From: a virus
Taxonomy: Duplodnaviria; Caudoviricetes
Strand: one strand, 5' to 3'
DNA: 27,907 nucleotides
IMG/VR virus record: IMGVR_UViG_3300020045_001898
Coordinates: 1 to 27,907 of that record
In this document: positions 15,467 to 25,118 of the stretch, one piece after another
Numbering within the stretch: the first letter of the stretch is position 1
Layout: every line of letters begins with the position of its first letter
The notes under the pieces: model-generated
What the model was told of the DNA's origin: nothing
What the model saw: the letters and a program-made list of their open reading frames with translations, nothing else
Databases searched by the model: none
Position numbers and translations under genes: made by a program

Positions 15467-17233
15467 TTAATACGAAAGTCTTTTTTTACGTTCCAGTGCT
15501 GCTTCTATTTCGCGAATAAGCTGTGGCGTGTATGCCTTCAATTGTGATAAGATGTCCTGCGAATTTCCGCCGGCACTTATTACAGGCGCAAAGTTTATAG
15601 TCATTCCGCCACCGCCAGTAGATCTTCCGCCACCGGAAACAGGTTTTATTCCTTTAGCCATTCCGCCAGAAGCTGCAGCTAGTGAAGGCGAACCTTTTTC
15701 GATTCCTTTTTTCGCACCTTCAGTAATATTCACGCCGTAATCCATGAAAACTTTAGACGGCGAAGCGATTCCTAAAACGTTTTTAAACGTCGAAGCTATT
15801 TTAGATCCTATTCCTTTAACGTAATCGAATAACGCTGTCGCTTTTGCTTTTATTCCGTTCCATAAACCCGAAATTATATCGACACCTAATTTTAAAAATA
15901 TTTTAGGAAGAAACAAAATTCCATTTATAAAGCCTAAAAATATTTTTTTTACTTTATCCCACAACCCAGTAAAGAAACCTGAAATTTTGTCCCAGTGTTT
16001 AATTATTAATCCGTGCGGTGTGTAGTTAAGAAATATATTTTTTATCCAGTTCCAGGCGTTAGAAAACATAGTTTTTATTCCGGCCCATAGGTTCGAAAAA
16101 AACGCAGAAACTTTGGACCAGTTTTTAATTAATAAATAACCCGCCGCTACTAGTGCTACAATTCCTATAATTATCCAGGTTATAGGATTCGCTAAAAATG
16201 CCAAATTTAAAGCAGTTACTGCAGCAGTCATTCCGCCAGTTATTCCGGCACCTGCTGCGGTGGCTGCAGTGTAAGCTATAGAAGCTACCCTGGCTAATTT
16301 ATAAATATTCATTCCGAAGGCTATAACTTTAAACAATCCACCGAAAACAAACGAAAGACCGGAAACAGCTAACGACAAAAGTCCTACTTTTCCGACTACG
16401 CCTGTAATAGTGGAAACCAGTCCAGAATTACGCTGCGACCAGGCGTTAAATCTATTCGCCGCGTCGCCTACTTGCGTCATTATTTTTTGAACTTGTGGAA
16501 GAAGCGTTTTTCCAATTGTTTCGGCTACTTCTGCGAACGTGACTTTCATTTTGTTAGCGGAAGTGGCTGTGTTTACTGCCTGTCCCTTAACCTGTGCTTC
16601 GACTTTCTTTAAAACATATTCCTGCGCTGCGCCTAGACCTTTGGTGGCCTGGATTTGCTTAATTAAAGGAATGTCCGATTTGTTTAACGCACCAGTTCGC
16701 GCTAGTGCCGTAGCACCTTTAGCAGGATCCTGTAACGCCTTACCTAATAATACCGCGTTTTGTGATGCTTCACCAAATCCGGCGGCCTGCAAATCATAAG
16801 CAGCAGCGGTCGCACGATTAAAAACACCAGAAGCGCGCGCGCCTTCGTCAGATACACGTTTAAACGTGGCTAATTTAGACTGGACCATTTGAATTTCTTC
16901 GTCTTCGACGCCGATCTGCATTTGTAATTTACTGGCGTAGTCTTCCGCTTCTTTTGCCGCTTTGTTGGTAGTTTCGCCCATAGTCTTAAACGTAGATTCC
17001 AGACGTCTGTTAGCGATTTCGCTGTCTTCTGCAGCTTTTACCGTAAGGCCTAATCCGGCTATTATTCCGCCACCGAATAAACCTGCGCCACGTCCAAACG
17101 CGAACGCTTTATCGCCCATTTTCGAAAGACTACCGATTCTTTTTTCGGCGTTTGCCGTCATTCCAGAAATTACGCGGGACGCTTTGTCGGAAGCCGACAA
17201 TATTAACGCTACTTCGAAAGATTTTTTAGCCAT
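15467..17233 (-). CDS. Tail tape measure protein
   Basis: Ala/Gly-rich helical sequence, ANPI.W.I..I..LV...YL..KNW, Trp/Phe periodic repeats, LGIASPSKVF; follows the chaperone. Confidence 0.93.
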   Translation of the reverse strand: MAKKSFEVALILSASDKASRVISGMTANAEKRIGSLSKMGDKAFAFGRGAGLFGGGIIAGLGLTVKAAEDSEIANRRLESTFKTMGETTNKAAKEAEDYASKLQMQIGVEDEEIQMVQSKLATFKRVSDEGARASGVFNRATAAAYDLQAAGFGEASQNAVLLGKALQDPAKGATALARTGALNKSDIPLIKQIQATKGLGAAQEYVLKKVEAQVKGQAVNTATSANKMKVTFAEVAETIGKTLLPQVQKIMTQVGDAANRFNAWSQRNSGLVSTITGVVGKVGLLSLAVSGLSFVFGGLFKVIAFGMNIYKLARVASIAYTAATAAGAGITGGMTAAVTALNLAFLANPITWIIIGIVALVAAGYLLIKNWSKVSAFFSNLWAGIKTMFSNAWNWIKNIFLNYTPHGLIIKHWDKISGFFTGLWDKVKKIFLGFINGILFLPKIFLKLGVDIISGLWNGIKAKATALFDYVKGIGSKIASTFKNVLGIASPSKVFMDYGVNITEGAKKGIEKGSPSLAAASGGMAKGIKPVSGGGRSTGGGGMTINFAPVISAGGNSQDILSQLKAYTPQLIREIEAALERKKRLSY

Positions 17234-17241
17234 AATTTTAT

Positions 17242-17271
17242 AAAAAAGCCGCTACCGTTATTCGGTACGGC
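17242..17271 (-). terminator. Intrinsic terminator between chaperone and tape measure genes
   Basis: Minus strand GCCGTACCG-AATAA-CGGTAGCGGC-TTTTTT. Confidence 0.75.
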
Positions 17272-17277
17272 CTGTTA

Positions 17278-17427
17278 TTATTCCTTTGTTTCGTTTAGTT
17301 CGTTGTGAACTTTGACTGATTCATTATACCAGTAGCATAATTCGTAAAGTTCCCATTCGAATAAATCAGTTAACGACGTGTTCGAAAAATGCGCCAGAAA
17401 AACGAGTTCTTCCGGCTTTAAGAGAAA
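17278..17427 (-). CDS. Tail assembly chaperone -1 frameshift extension (gpE+E'/gpGT-like)
   Basis: The -1 frame reads FLLKPEELVFLAHFSNTSLTDLFEWELYELCYWYNESVKVHNELNETKE*, has no ATG of its own, and resembles a gpE' domain. Confidence 0.75.
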   Translation of the reverse strand, partial: FLLKPEELVFLAHFSNTSLTDLFEWELYELCYWYNESVKVHNELNETKE

Positions 17428-17720
17428 AGATTTTCGAAGTGTGCGATCATAGTCATTACGTCTTCGCCGTCCATTTCGTCCAGGTCTTCAATCACTATTT
17501 TTTTTCCGTCTACTAAACAGGCTACAGTTATAATAGCAAACTGTGCTTTAGTGACGTCGCCGTCTACAATACGCTGCGCTTCGCGAACGTGTTTTCCTTT
17601 GAAAGGTGTTTTTTCTACAATTAATCCAGATACTGGAAGTTTAAACTTAGGATTTTTTTTGGCCGTGTTAGCTTTTTCGTTAGCTGCCGGCGTCTTTGGT
17701 TTTGGTTTTAAATCTGCCAT
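17418..17720 (-). CDS. Tail assembly chaperone (gpE/gp41-like)
   Basis: Lies between tube and tape measure; EDLDEMDGED motif. Confidence 0.85.
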   Translation of the reverse strand: MADLKPKPKTPAANEKANTAKKNPKFKLPVSGLIVEKTPFKGKHVREAQRIVDGDVTKAQFAIITVACLVDGKKIVIEDLDEMDGEDVMTMIAHFENLFS

Positions 17721-17751
17721 TAATAGTATTTAAGCGTTAATAATTATTTTA

Positions 17752-17776
17752 AACAAATACCGCCCGAAGGCGGCAT
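17752..17776 (-). terminator. Hairpin/terminator after the tail tube gene
   Basis: Minus strand GCCGCC-TTCG-GGCGGT-ATTTGTTT. Confidence 0.65.
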
Positions 17777-17782
17777 GTATTT

Positions 17783-18301
17783 TTATCCACCAATATTCGA
17801 ACGATAAGTCGCGAACACGTCTACGCCGTCCACGCTGTAAACGTTTGCCAGTGCGTCGTAATCGATAACTTCTTCGCCGTCGATTTCTAATTTGTAAGCA
17901 GTACAGGTTAACTTCGAAGTAGCTTCGACGTTATCGTGCTGTTTGTAGTTACCTGCAGGGAAGTTTTTAGGCTGTACTGTAAGATAAGCAACGCAGGGAA
18001 CTTCCTGTGTTAATCCGCTAGAATCGTAAGTTTCCAAACTAGCGCGAACCTGTAATTTCAACATTTTGCGCGGGTTTGCGAATTTCTTTAAAACGTCTGC
18101 ATAAAAAGCATTCCATTTAATGGTAACTTCTAATTTATCGATTCCGGAAAAAAGTTCCACTTTACCGATTTGGCCCAGTGCTTTATGTTCGGACATCATA
18201 AAAGTAATGTCTGGAAGGTTTACTTCTTCCGCCTTACCTAATTGGGACGCGCCGTCTACATAGACGTTTGCGTTCGTAAGTCTGTTTACTACTATAGCCA
18301 T
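17783..18301 (-). CDS. Major tail tube protein (P2 FII-like)
   Basis: NANVYVDG...LG.AEEV.LP, G.DKLE, Y.L.IDG.E....D.......VDG.D. Confidence 0.93.
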   Translation of the reverse strand: MAIVVNRLTNANVYVDGASQLGKAEEVNLPDITFMMSEHKALGQIGKVELFSGIDKLEVTIKWNAFYADVLKKFANPRKMLKLQVRASLETYDSSGLTQEVPCVAYLTVQPKNFPAGNYKQHDNVEATSKLTCTAYKLEIDGEEVIDYDALANVYSVDGVDVFATYRSNIGG

Positions 18302-19710
18302 TATACTAACTGTGTTAATAGGTTAATGTCAATTACTGACTTGAATGTGATACGTTCTGCAGGTGAAGCACCGGCGAAACTTAATTCAAATACTACATGT
18401 CCTGCAGCAAGTTCTTCCGCCGAATTATCCGCAGGGTTATAAATAACCTTACTTCCTGGCATACATGCACCGCGACCGATAAGCGTTTTGAAAAAACCGT
18501 TACCAGTGTCGCGAATCGAATCGATAAGGGCCTGCGTAAGTGCTTTGTCAATAAATTGAAGCGAAGCCTGTTCTAGTGATTCGTGTACGATATCCGCCAG
18601 TCTTCTAATCGGAATAAAATTTTTCTGATTTGTGCTAGTAGGATAAGAAGCAGATCTGTTTCCCCAGGTGCGTGTCCCAGTTCCATAGCCTGTAAACGTA
18701 GTAGTGATTCCGACAGAATTTAGAAGGTTTGCTTCTGTGTCTGCGTCATTAACCGAAGCCGTAACTACGAATTCAGTTCCAACAATTCCGAAGATCTCAT
18801 GGTTTGAAGGCGACACCCAGTAACCTTCCGTGTTGTCTACTCTAGACATTACACCGGCCATAAATGGACTATAAGGTCTATTTTGGTTTGAATTCGAATC
18901 CGAATCGTAAACGCTCAAATGTGGCATTAATAAATACGCACGATCCGAAGACGTTTTAAAATTCATAGTCGAAGCCGGACCGCGACCTGCTACCGCAGCA
19001 GTTACCGAAGTCCCAGAAGGCGCATCGATTAAAGCGATAGCGCGATATTTTGGAGCCAGTGCGATTAATTCTGTAGCAACTGCCGGAAGTTCGACAGATA
19101 CCGGAGCCAGTAATATTTTTGGATAAAACCCAAAAGTATTAAAGATTAATTCCCAGACTTTTGTCCCAGTTCTAACGCCTGAAACGTTAGTTCCTACAAT
19201 TTGCGCAGCTGTAACTGTTCCGACGTCTAATTTTTTGTATGTGAATTTAAGAACTAATCCTTCAGAAGCCACAGCAGATAATGCTGTAAAGTTTCCGAAC
19301 GCGTCCAGTTTATAATCCACGTCTGCAACACCTGTAAAAGGCGTAGTTCCGTTAGTAAGAAAAATATTTACTGCACCAATAGGCGCGGCATCTAGTTTTA
19401 ATTTTCCGTTTGTGATCGTTTTAGATTCTAACGTCGTTTGCGCTGTGTTAGTCGTACTATCAAAAGTATTAACTACTACAACAGTAGCAGGTCCCTGTTT
19501 GAAAATAGCATCTAACGCCTGCGGGATTGTAAATCCTGGAAGCTGCTGTCCAAATTGTGCCGCATCGTTAGGCGACAACACCAGGACAGGCGTATTTGCT
19601 ACGCCTATTGGTGCAGTTCCTACTAACGCTATCACAGAAGATCTTACGACTGTAACTGGCCTTCCGGCCTGTTCTATTTCTATGGTTTCGACACCGTGTA
19701 AATAAGCCAT
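18301..19710 (-). CDS. Contractile tail sheath protein
   Basis: YLHGVE.IE, VIALVGTAP, GYW.SPSN, LN..GITT, R.WGNRS, FI..RR, PAERITF. Confidence 0.95.
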   Translation of the reverse strand: MAYLHGVETIEIEQAGRPVTVVRSSVIALVGTAPIGVANTPVLVLSPNDAAQFGQQLPGFTIPQALDAIFKQGPATVVVVNTFDSTTNTAQTTLESKTITNGKLKLDAAPIGAVNIFLTNGTTPFTGVADVDYKLDAFGNFTALSAVASEGLVLKFTYKKLDVGTVTAAQIVGTNVSGVRTGTKVWELIFNTFGFYPKILLAPVSVELPAVATELIALAPKYRAIALIDAPSGTSVTAAVAGRGPASTMNFKTSSDRAYLLMPHLSVYDSDSNSNQNRPYSPFMAGVMSRVDNTEGYWVSPSNHEIFGIVGTEFVVTASVNDADTEANLLNSVGITTTFTGYGTGTRTWGNRSASYPTSTNQKNFIPIRRLADIVHESLEQASLQFIDKALTQALIDSIRDTGNGFFKTLIGRGACMPGSKVIYNPADNSAEELAAGHVVFELSFAGASPAERITFKSVIDINLLTQLV

Positions 19711-19732
19711 TTTTATACTGTTTTAAATTTGT

Positions 19733-20242
19733 TTAAGATTGTGGCGGAACTATAACCGTTTCGTTTCCGTCTAAATAAGTGATTTTTTTTAATAATACAG
19801 ATAAATCTTCGGTAAAGTTTTCAACATGTAGGCTAGTGCCTTGAAAGATAACGTTATAATGCCAAAGATTGTCTATTTTTTCCGCGCCAGGATTTCCGAT
19901 AATATGGTGTTTAGAAACCTGTAATCGTTTTACATTTTGTGGGCGAAAACCTGTTAAAGCTGTTTTTACAGCAGAAGCCAAATTCAAAACGCCTTTGGGA
20001 CCATATAAAAAAGTAGATCTAATTAACACCTGGATAAAAACTTTTTCGTCCTGCGCTATCTGAGCAGTACTGTTAGTTCCTTCGTATTCGGATCCGGCAG
20101 CTATAACGGTAAACCTTACTTCGTTGGGTGCGACTTGTGATTTTTGCGCTTCCGTTTCTGGAAGACGTTCCACTACGATTCCGATTCCTGCAAATGGCTG
20201 TAATCTTTCGACTACTTCGTCCGTTAGTTCTTCGTAATTCAT
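19733..20242 (-). CDS. Tail terminator/completion protein (Mu Gp37-like)
   Basis: Directly upstream of the sheath gene; GS.Y, L.G..G, ALTGFRP, W.Y. Confidence 0.7.
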   Translation of the reverse strand: MNYEELTDEVVERLQPFAGIGIVVERLPETEAQKSQVAPNEVRFTVIAAGSEYEGTNSTAQIAQDEKVFIQVLIRSTFLYGPKGVLNLASAVKTALTGFRPQNVKRLQVSKHHIIGNPGAEKIDNLWHYNVIFQGTSLHVENFTEDLSVLLKKITYLDGNETVIVPPQS

Positions 20243-20616
20243 ACCAGAATATCTTTTTTTATTAATCTAGCCACAAACGTATCACCGTCGTATTTTGTTT
20301 TAACTTCACTTACAGCAAAATATCCTAAAATATTTAACGGTTCGTTATGTTGTGAAATGGTAACAAATTCCGAATTCCCAGTGTCGACAGATTCTTTTAA
20401 ACCAGGGAAAAATCCTTTTCGGTATTCCATGAACGGCTGATCTGGATTCCATGAATCTATCCCGGACAGTTCCTGTTTTTCCGAAGGATCTTTATAGCCT
20501 ACCTGTGCGGTAAGTGAAATTTCCGATTCGCTCGAAACCCAGGTAGCATCGTAACCCATTACATGAGTAACTACGTCAAAGACCTTTGTTTTAAGCGAAT
20601 CGAATATATTTCCCAT
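20239..20616 (-). CDS. Head-tail joining (head closure) protein
   Basis: Position and size; DG..F.A.L near the C-terminus. Confidence 0.6.
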   Translation of the reverse strand: MGNIFDSLKTKVFDVVTHVMGYDATWVSSESEISLTAQVGYKDPSEKQELSGIDSWNPDQPFMEYRKGFFPGLKESVDTGNSEFVTISQHNEPLNILGYFAVSEVKTKYDGDTFVARLIKKDILV

Positions 20617-20619
20617 TTA

Positions 20620-20940
20620 CTATCTAGCTAAAAGAACGTTAACAGTTCCCGCGCCGTCTGCTGCAGCTTCCCAGGCATAACCTAGAAAAACGTTAGATCC
20701 TACAGTCGTTCCTGCTTCACCAGAAATAACATATAATTTCGCGCCCTGAGTAATAGCGCCTGAAGCTACTTTAGGCACAGCGTAAACGCCGCACATGTTA
20801 ACTACTGCGTCTTCGCCTATAGCGTAAGATCCTGCAGCTATTCCTGCTGTAGCACCTACAGTAACAATAGCACCAGAAGTAATCGCGCCCGCAATTGCAG
20901 GAACTAATAATGTTTCGCCTTTTTGAACAAAATTTTTCAT
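20620..20940 (-). CDS. DUF2190-family capsid cement/decoration protein
   Basis: MKNFVQKG.T, SG..V.VG, GV..VPK, G.A..AA......V.V.L. Confidence 0.9.
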   Translation of the reverse strand: MKNFVQKGETLLVPAIAGAITSGAIVTVGATAGIAAGSYAIGEDAVVNMCGVYAVPKVASGAITQGAKLYVISGEAGTTVGSNVFLGYAWEAAADGAGTVNVLLAR

Positions 20941-20988
20941 TCTAATTATTTTTTTATGCGGATTTCCGCTAGTTATCTTTAAAGTTAT

Positions 20989-21010
20989 AAAAGGGCGACC
21001 GAAGCCGCCC
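20989..21010 (-). terminator. Terminator after the major capsid gene
   Basis: Minus strand GGGCGGC-TTCG-GTCGCCC-TTTT. Confidence 0.8.
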
Positions 21011-21016
21011 AGTTTT

Positions 21017-23077
21017 TTAAGTCAATGCAGCACCGTTATTTCGGTAAACACCGCGCCAGTCGATTGCTTTTGCAGCAAATACCATTCTGGCTTTAATTTC
21101 GATCCCGTCGATATTGAAACCTTCGCGCTGTTCGATAAATAATTCTTCTTCGCCGTCCAAAAACGCATATTCGACAGTGTCGATTTGGTTTGGATCTGCA
21201 ATAAGGAACCACTGTAAACCTGTGATATTACTATCTACTACAACCTGCAACCCTAAAGACTGCGCCAAAGGCTGTCCCATTTGACTGTTAGGTGTGTAAT
21301 TTGCAGAAGTTAATTTCATAGCGCGCGTAGCGTTTTTCGGTCCTACGACTAAAAATTTCGGCGTTACGTTGATAAGATCACCTGCAGCGTCTTTTTGCTG
21401 CATAAATAACTGATAAGCTACGTCCAAACTTCCTTCGGTTAATTCAGTACCACCTGCAGTCTGATTTGCAGCTGTTCCTGTAAAGTTACCGTGGTCCGCA
21501 TGGAATAATGCTTTTCCGTCACCCATAGCCGCGAATCCGTTAGCTAAAATAGTATCATATACTAATTTAGTCTGCTTAATAGCAGCTTTAGAAGCGAAAG
21601 ACTGTGGAATTCTGTTGAAAGCCGATAAATCGTCGTTAACAATAGCTTCCCAAGTTACGCCGATAATACGACCGAACTTCCCTAGTTTATAGGTTTCGCC
21701 CGCTTCGCTTAAAGTAGCGTATTTGTATTCTTCACCTTCTTTTACAGCTAGTAAATCGCCTAAAATTTCAGACAAACGTACTCTGGAAATCGGTCTGAAA
21801 TCTGCAATACTTGCACGTCTGGCCCATACCATAAACGTTCTAGGTTGCTGCGCGTATTGTGCTAGCAAAGTACGGTTAACCGTATCCAATAATAATAAAG
21901 GAAAATCGGTAGTGTGGTGTAATCCACGAACTTTTCCACCAAGTGCAGCTGTAGCGATTTCGCGGGAAGTCATTCCACGCGTATTCGTTCCTGCCAGGAT
22001 AAGTGCTTCTTCCGCAAAACGTAAGAAACTCATTCCTTTGTAATCCGAAGCTGCTCTAGCGTTTTCTTCACCCATAGCAGTAGCCGCAGACGGATTAACT
22101 CTAATAGCTAACGCGTTAGCCATTGCAGCGCGTTTTTTATCTGCCGCTGTGTTGTCCTGTCCTGCGTTTGGTTTCGCATTTAATGGATTTCCTTTTTCCC
22201 ATTCTTCTAACGCGCGCTGTCCTGCGATAGCTGCGTCTGTAACGGTTTCGTCTTCGATAAGGGCATCTGCGAACGCGTCCGGAAGTTGTAAGGCGCGGAC
22301 GTGCTTTCTGATCCCTGAAATTCTTTCGCGTTCAGCTTTCGCTGCGGCCGAACGGGTTTTTTCGGCTTCCGCCCTTTTTTCTTCTTCAGTCATTGTACTG
22401 TTTTTATTGTTATTATTATTTTCGGTTTGAATTTCGGTAGTTTCTTCTGCTTCTTCCGTAGTTTCTTCGGTTGCAGGTGTTTCTTCTGTAGTTGTAACTT
22501 CTGGCGTAACGTCTTCGATAACGACCTGGTGTGCGGGTTCGTTTTCGTTATTTCTTACACGTGAATTAATGTCGGCCTGTACAGGCGTGAACGAAATTTC
22601 TGTGGCTTCCCATTTTGTAGCGCGATATTGTGGACGTTTGTCTTCTGATCGTGTTACCTGGTATTCAGGAACATTATAACCAACAGAAACACCTGTCACT
22701 ATTTTGTCCCTTACTTTTTCCATTAATTTCGTATCGTCTTCGGTGTTACCGAATCTGATTTTCGCAATACCTGCGTTATTTTCAAATCGAGCAGATTCCA
22801 CAACACCCACAACAGTATCGGCTGTTTTTCCGTATCGATTATGATTATCTAGTGCAGGCGCACCATTATTCAAACGAGTTAAGTCGCCGTTTTCTGGCAT
22901 ACATACCAGAATTTCGTCGACCATTTCGTATGCGTCCCAGTCGAACGTACGGACCGCAGTTTCTGTGGCGAAAATAACTTCGACAGTTCTGTCGGTTTCG
23001 TTAAAACTGTCGGCGACAAATTCTGCGCGGGTTCGCTGCGTAGGAATTTGTTTTGTGATTTTTTTCTTATCTGACAT
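21017..23077 (-). CDS. Prohead protease-scaffold-major capsid fusion protein
   Basis: HK97-type protease (LDNH, GVSVGY, EISFTPVQAD), acidic linker, then capsid domain (TTDFP.LL, DFR, GEEYKY, GR...VT.EAIVNDDL, ALFHADHGN, DWRG). Confidence 0.95.
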   Translation of the reverse strand: MSDKKKITKQIPTQRTRAEFVADSFNETDRTVEVIFATETAVRTFDWDAYEMVDEILVCMPENGDLTRLNNGAPALDNHNRYGKTADTVVGVVESARFENNAGIAKIRFGNTEDDTKLMEKVRDKIVTGVSVGYNVPEYQVTRSEDKRPQYRATKWEATEISFTPVQADINSRVRNNENEPAHQVVIEDVTPEVTTTEETPATEETTEEAEETTEIQTENNNNNKNSTMTEEEKRAEAEKTRSAAAKAERERISGIRKHVRALQLPDAFADALIEDETVTDAAIAGQRALEEWEKGNPLNAKPNAGQDNTAADKKRAAMANALAIRVNPSAATAMGEENARAASDYKGMSFLRFAEEALILAGTNTRGMTSREIATAALGGKVRGLHHTTDFPLLLLDTVNRTLLAQYAQQPRTFMVWARRASIADFRPISRVRLSEILGDLLAVKEGEEYKYATLSEAGETYKLGKFGRIIGVTWEAIVNDDLSAFNRIPQSFASKAAIKQTKLVYDTILANGFAAMGDGKALFHADHGNFTGTAANQTAGGTELTEGSLDVAYQLFMQQKDAAGDLINVTPKFLVVGPKNATRAMKLTSANYTPNSQMGQPLAQSLGLQVVVDSNITGLQWFLIADPNQIDTVEYAFLDGEEELFIEQREGFNIDGIEIKARMVFAAKAIDWRGVYRNNGAALT

Positions 23078-23081
23078 GCTA

Positions 23082-23089
23082 CAAATATA
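23082..23089 (-). promoter_or_regulatory. -7 box TATATTTG, 4 nt before the capsid ATG
   Basis: Minus strand reads TATATTTG-TAGC-ATG. Confidence 0.7.
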
Positions 23090-23147
23090 TTATTTTTTTT
23101 TATTAATTAACTTTTTTATTAAAAATTTTTTACTATAGAATAAAATA

Positions 23148-24851
23148 TTACGCCGGTGCTTCTTCCGAAGGTGGCGGCGTTATAGTTATCGGACGTCGAA
23201 TATTTCCTTCTTCCTTCCAGGCCGCGATCACTGCGTCGCCCATATCCGGGAATTTAGCTAATGTTCTGAAATACTTTTCGTCTTCTGGTGTAGGCGTTAT
23301 AGTACCGGCACGAACACCAACGCCGTAAGCGTCTAAAACTCGTTTAAGATCTTCTGCGTTTAAAGTTCCTGCAGCATCTGCGGGCGTGTTCGGATCCGAA
23401 GCGATTTTCGATTCGTTTTCGATAATCCATTCGACGTCGATTCCTGCATCTTTAAACATTTTTTTATCAGTTTTTATTTGCTCGAATAAAACGTCTGGAT
23501 TATAACCGCGACGTTTGCAGGCTTCTGTCCATGATATTAAACCGGTTTTTAGTTCTAAAATTAAACCGTTCATTTCCTTAACTGGATCTATCATTTCGCG
23601 TCCCTGTGGTGTCCAGTCTGCGCCTATAGTTCTATTAATAGTTCCTTTAATTATAAGCCCTTCAACAAACCAGGTCCAGATTTTTTCGCAGAACTGCGGA
23701 ATAAATAAATTATACTGCCAGTCTTCGATCTGTCTTTGCGCTTCAATCCAACCCATACGGCCAGAACTAAAATTTACACCCGAAAGGTCGCCGGTGATTT
23801 GTTCATAAGTAATTCCGTAACCTGCAGCGTTTTTCTGTTGGTTTTTAGAAACATATTCGGAATAATTAGAAGGCGTCGGCGGCTTGTTAAAAGTAACTTC
23901 TTCGCCTGGTGCCATGTGTTGGATAAGTCCCGGTTCCAGGTGGTCGACTGAACTGTCTTCGTCGTCACCGCCCAGTCCGTCTTCGGCCGCAGGTTTTGTA
24001 GTGAAGGCGACGTGGCACGCTGCTACTTTTTGCAGCATTAACTGCGCGTCTTCGTAGTCCGCCAGGTCGCGCATGTTAAGCATGGCAGAAGTTCCGAAAG
24101 GAATTCCGCGAACCTGTTCTGGATATTCTTTATAAAAAACCTGGATAACATCGTCAACAGAAACAAACTTCGGAGCCAGTCGGATAACGAATTCGTTATT
24201 CGGGTTATACTCATAAAGCCAGTAACCTACTTTGCGTCCGCGTGCGTCGAATTCTACGCCCTGCACGATATAATGATCCGGGCGTTCCGTTAACATGTAT
24301 CCGGATTTTTGGTGGTCGCACATGTGCGGCGACATGACCTGCAATTTAAACGGGACCAGGGATTTTGCGTCACGCTGACGAACCACAAAAATTTCGCCCT
24401 GCATGGCTATATTTCGCATAGACATAGACTGCATCCCGTAAAACTGAAAAAACCCGTCGAAGTCGCAATTTTTAACGAACCATTCCCAGGCCGCTTTTAC
24501 TTTTGTTAATTCTGATTTTGACAAAGGTTTTTCGCCAGGAAGTGCGACGGGCGTCGGCATAATTCCTGTTCCTATTACGTTATTCTGAATAGTTCGAATA
24601 GCTTTGAATATAGTAGAATTATTTTTGTATCCGTCGATCGAACGTTCACGAAGTGCGGACAGCGATTTCTGGATATCCTGGTTTTGATTGTTAGATCCGG
24701 AACCAGACCACCCGTCGCCACGTCTTCCACGTGTCGCGCCGTCGTAAGATCTTTTAGCGGAATTTAAAACCTTTAACTGCGCGCGAAATTTTGCACGATC
24801 TAGTCCTGCTTTTGGTGAAATAAACGAAACTGCTTTGTCTATTAGATTCAT
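23148..24851 (-). CDS. Portal protein, lambda family, with C-terminal extension
   Basis: YDGA..GRR, LR.RS.D..KN, GVEFD..GR..GY, Q.RG.P, LEPG.I..L.PGE, YE..TGD.S.VNFSS.R.G, IDP.KE. Confidence 0.95.
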   Translation of the reverse strand: MNLIDKAVSFISPKAGLDRAKFRAQLKVLNSAKRSYDGATRGRRGDGWSGSGSNNQNQDIQKSLSALRERSIDGYKNNSTIFKAIRTIQNNVIGTGIMPTPVALPGEKPLSKSELTKVKAAWEWFVKNCDFDGFFQFYGMQSMSMRNIAMQGEIFVVRQRDAKSLVPFKLQVMSPHMCDHQKSGYMLTERPDHYIVQGVEFDARGRKVGYWLYEYNPNNEFVIRLAPKFVSVDDVIQVFYKEYPEQVRGIPFGTSAMLNMRDLADYEDAQLMLQKVAACHVAFTTKPAAEDGLGGDDEDSSVDHLEPGLIQHMAPGEEVTFNKPPTPSNYSEYVSKNQQKNAAGYGITYEQITGDLSGVNFSSGRMGWIEAQRQIEDWQYNLFIPQFCEKIWTWFVEGLIIKGTINRTIGADWTPQGREMIDPVKEMNGLILELKTGLISWTEACKRRGYNPDVLFEQIKTDKKMFKDAGIDVEWIIENESKIASDPNTPADAAGTLNAEDLKRVLDAYGVGVRAGTITPTPEDEKYFRTLAKFPDMGDAVIAAWKEEGNIRRPITITPPPSEEAPA

Positions 24852-24854
24852 ATA

Positions 24855-25088
24855 TTAACGTCTTCTTCTGCCGCATTCCGTCCCTTTAGAAAAAGAAACG
24901 TATTTACGGCCGTTATTTTTATTGTTTTGTGGGAATAGACATGCTTCCATTAGCATCTGTAAACGAATCATGTCGTCCAGACTTCTGTATTCCACGGTTT
25001 TATCACCGTAAACCACCTTCGTAGCACCTAGCGCGACAGCTTCTGTTAAAGAATTATACTGTTCTATGGTGTATTTTGTGCATGCCAT
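24855..25088 (-). CDS. Head-tail adaptor, lambda gpW-like
   Basis: L.EA.A.G...V.YGDK.VEYRSL.DM; between TerL and portal. Confidence 0.88.
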   Translation of the reverse strand: MACTKYTIEQYNSLTEAVALGATKVVYGDKTVEYRSLDDMIRLQMLMEACLFPQNNKNNGRKYVSFSKGTECGRRRR

Positions 25089-25118
25089 AAGATAAATTTT
25101 GCAGTAAATATATAAAAT

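Noticed and set aside
12481-19710. Stand-alone contractile injection system or tailocin
   Set aside because: A complete head and packaging module is contiguous with the tail genes, so this is a phage.
22380-22510. Repetitive TTC/GTT-rich tract in the capsid gene
   Set aside because: It encodes the acidic Thr/Glu linker between protease and scaffold, not a DNA-level array.
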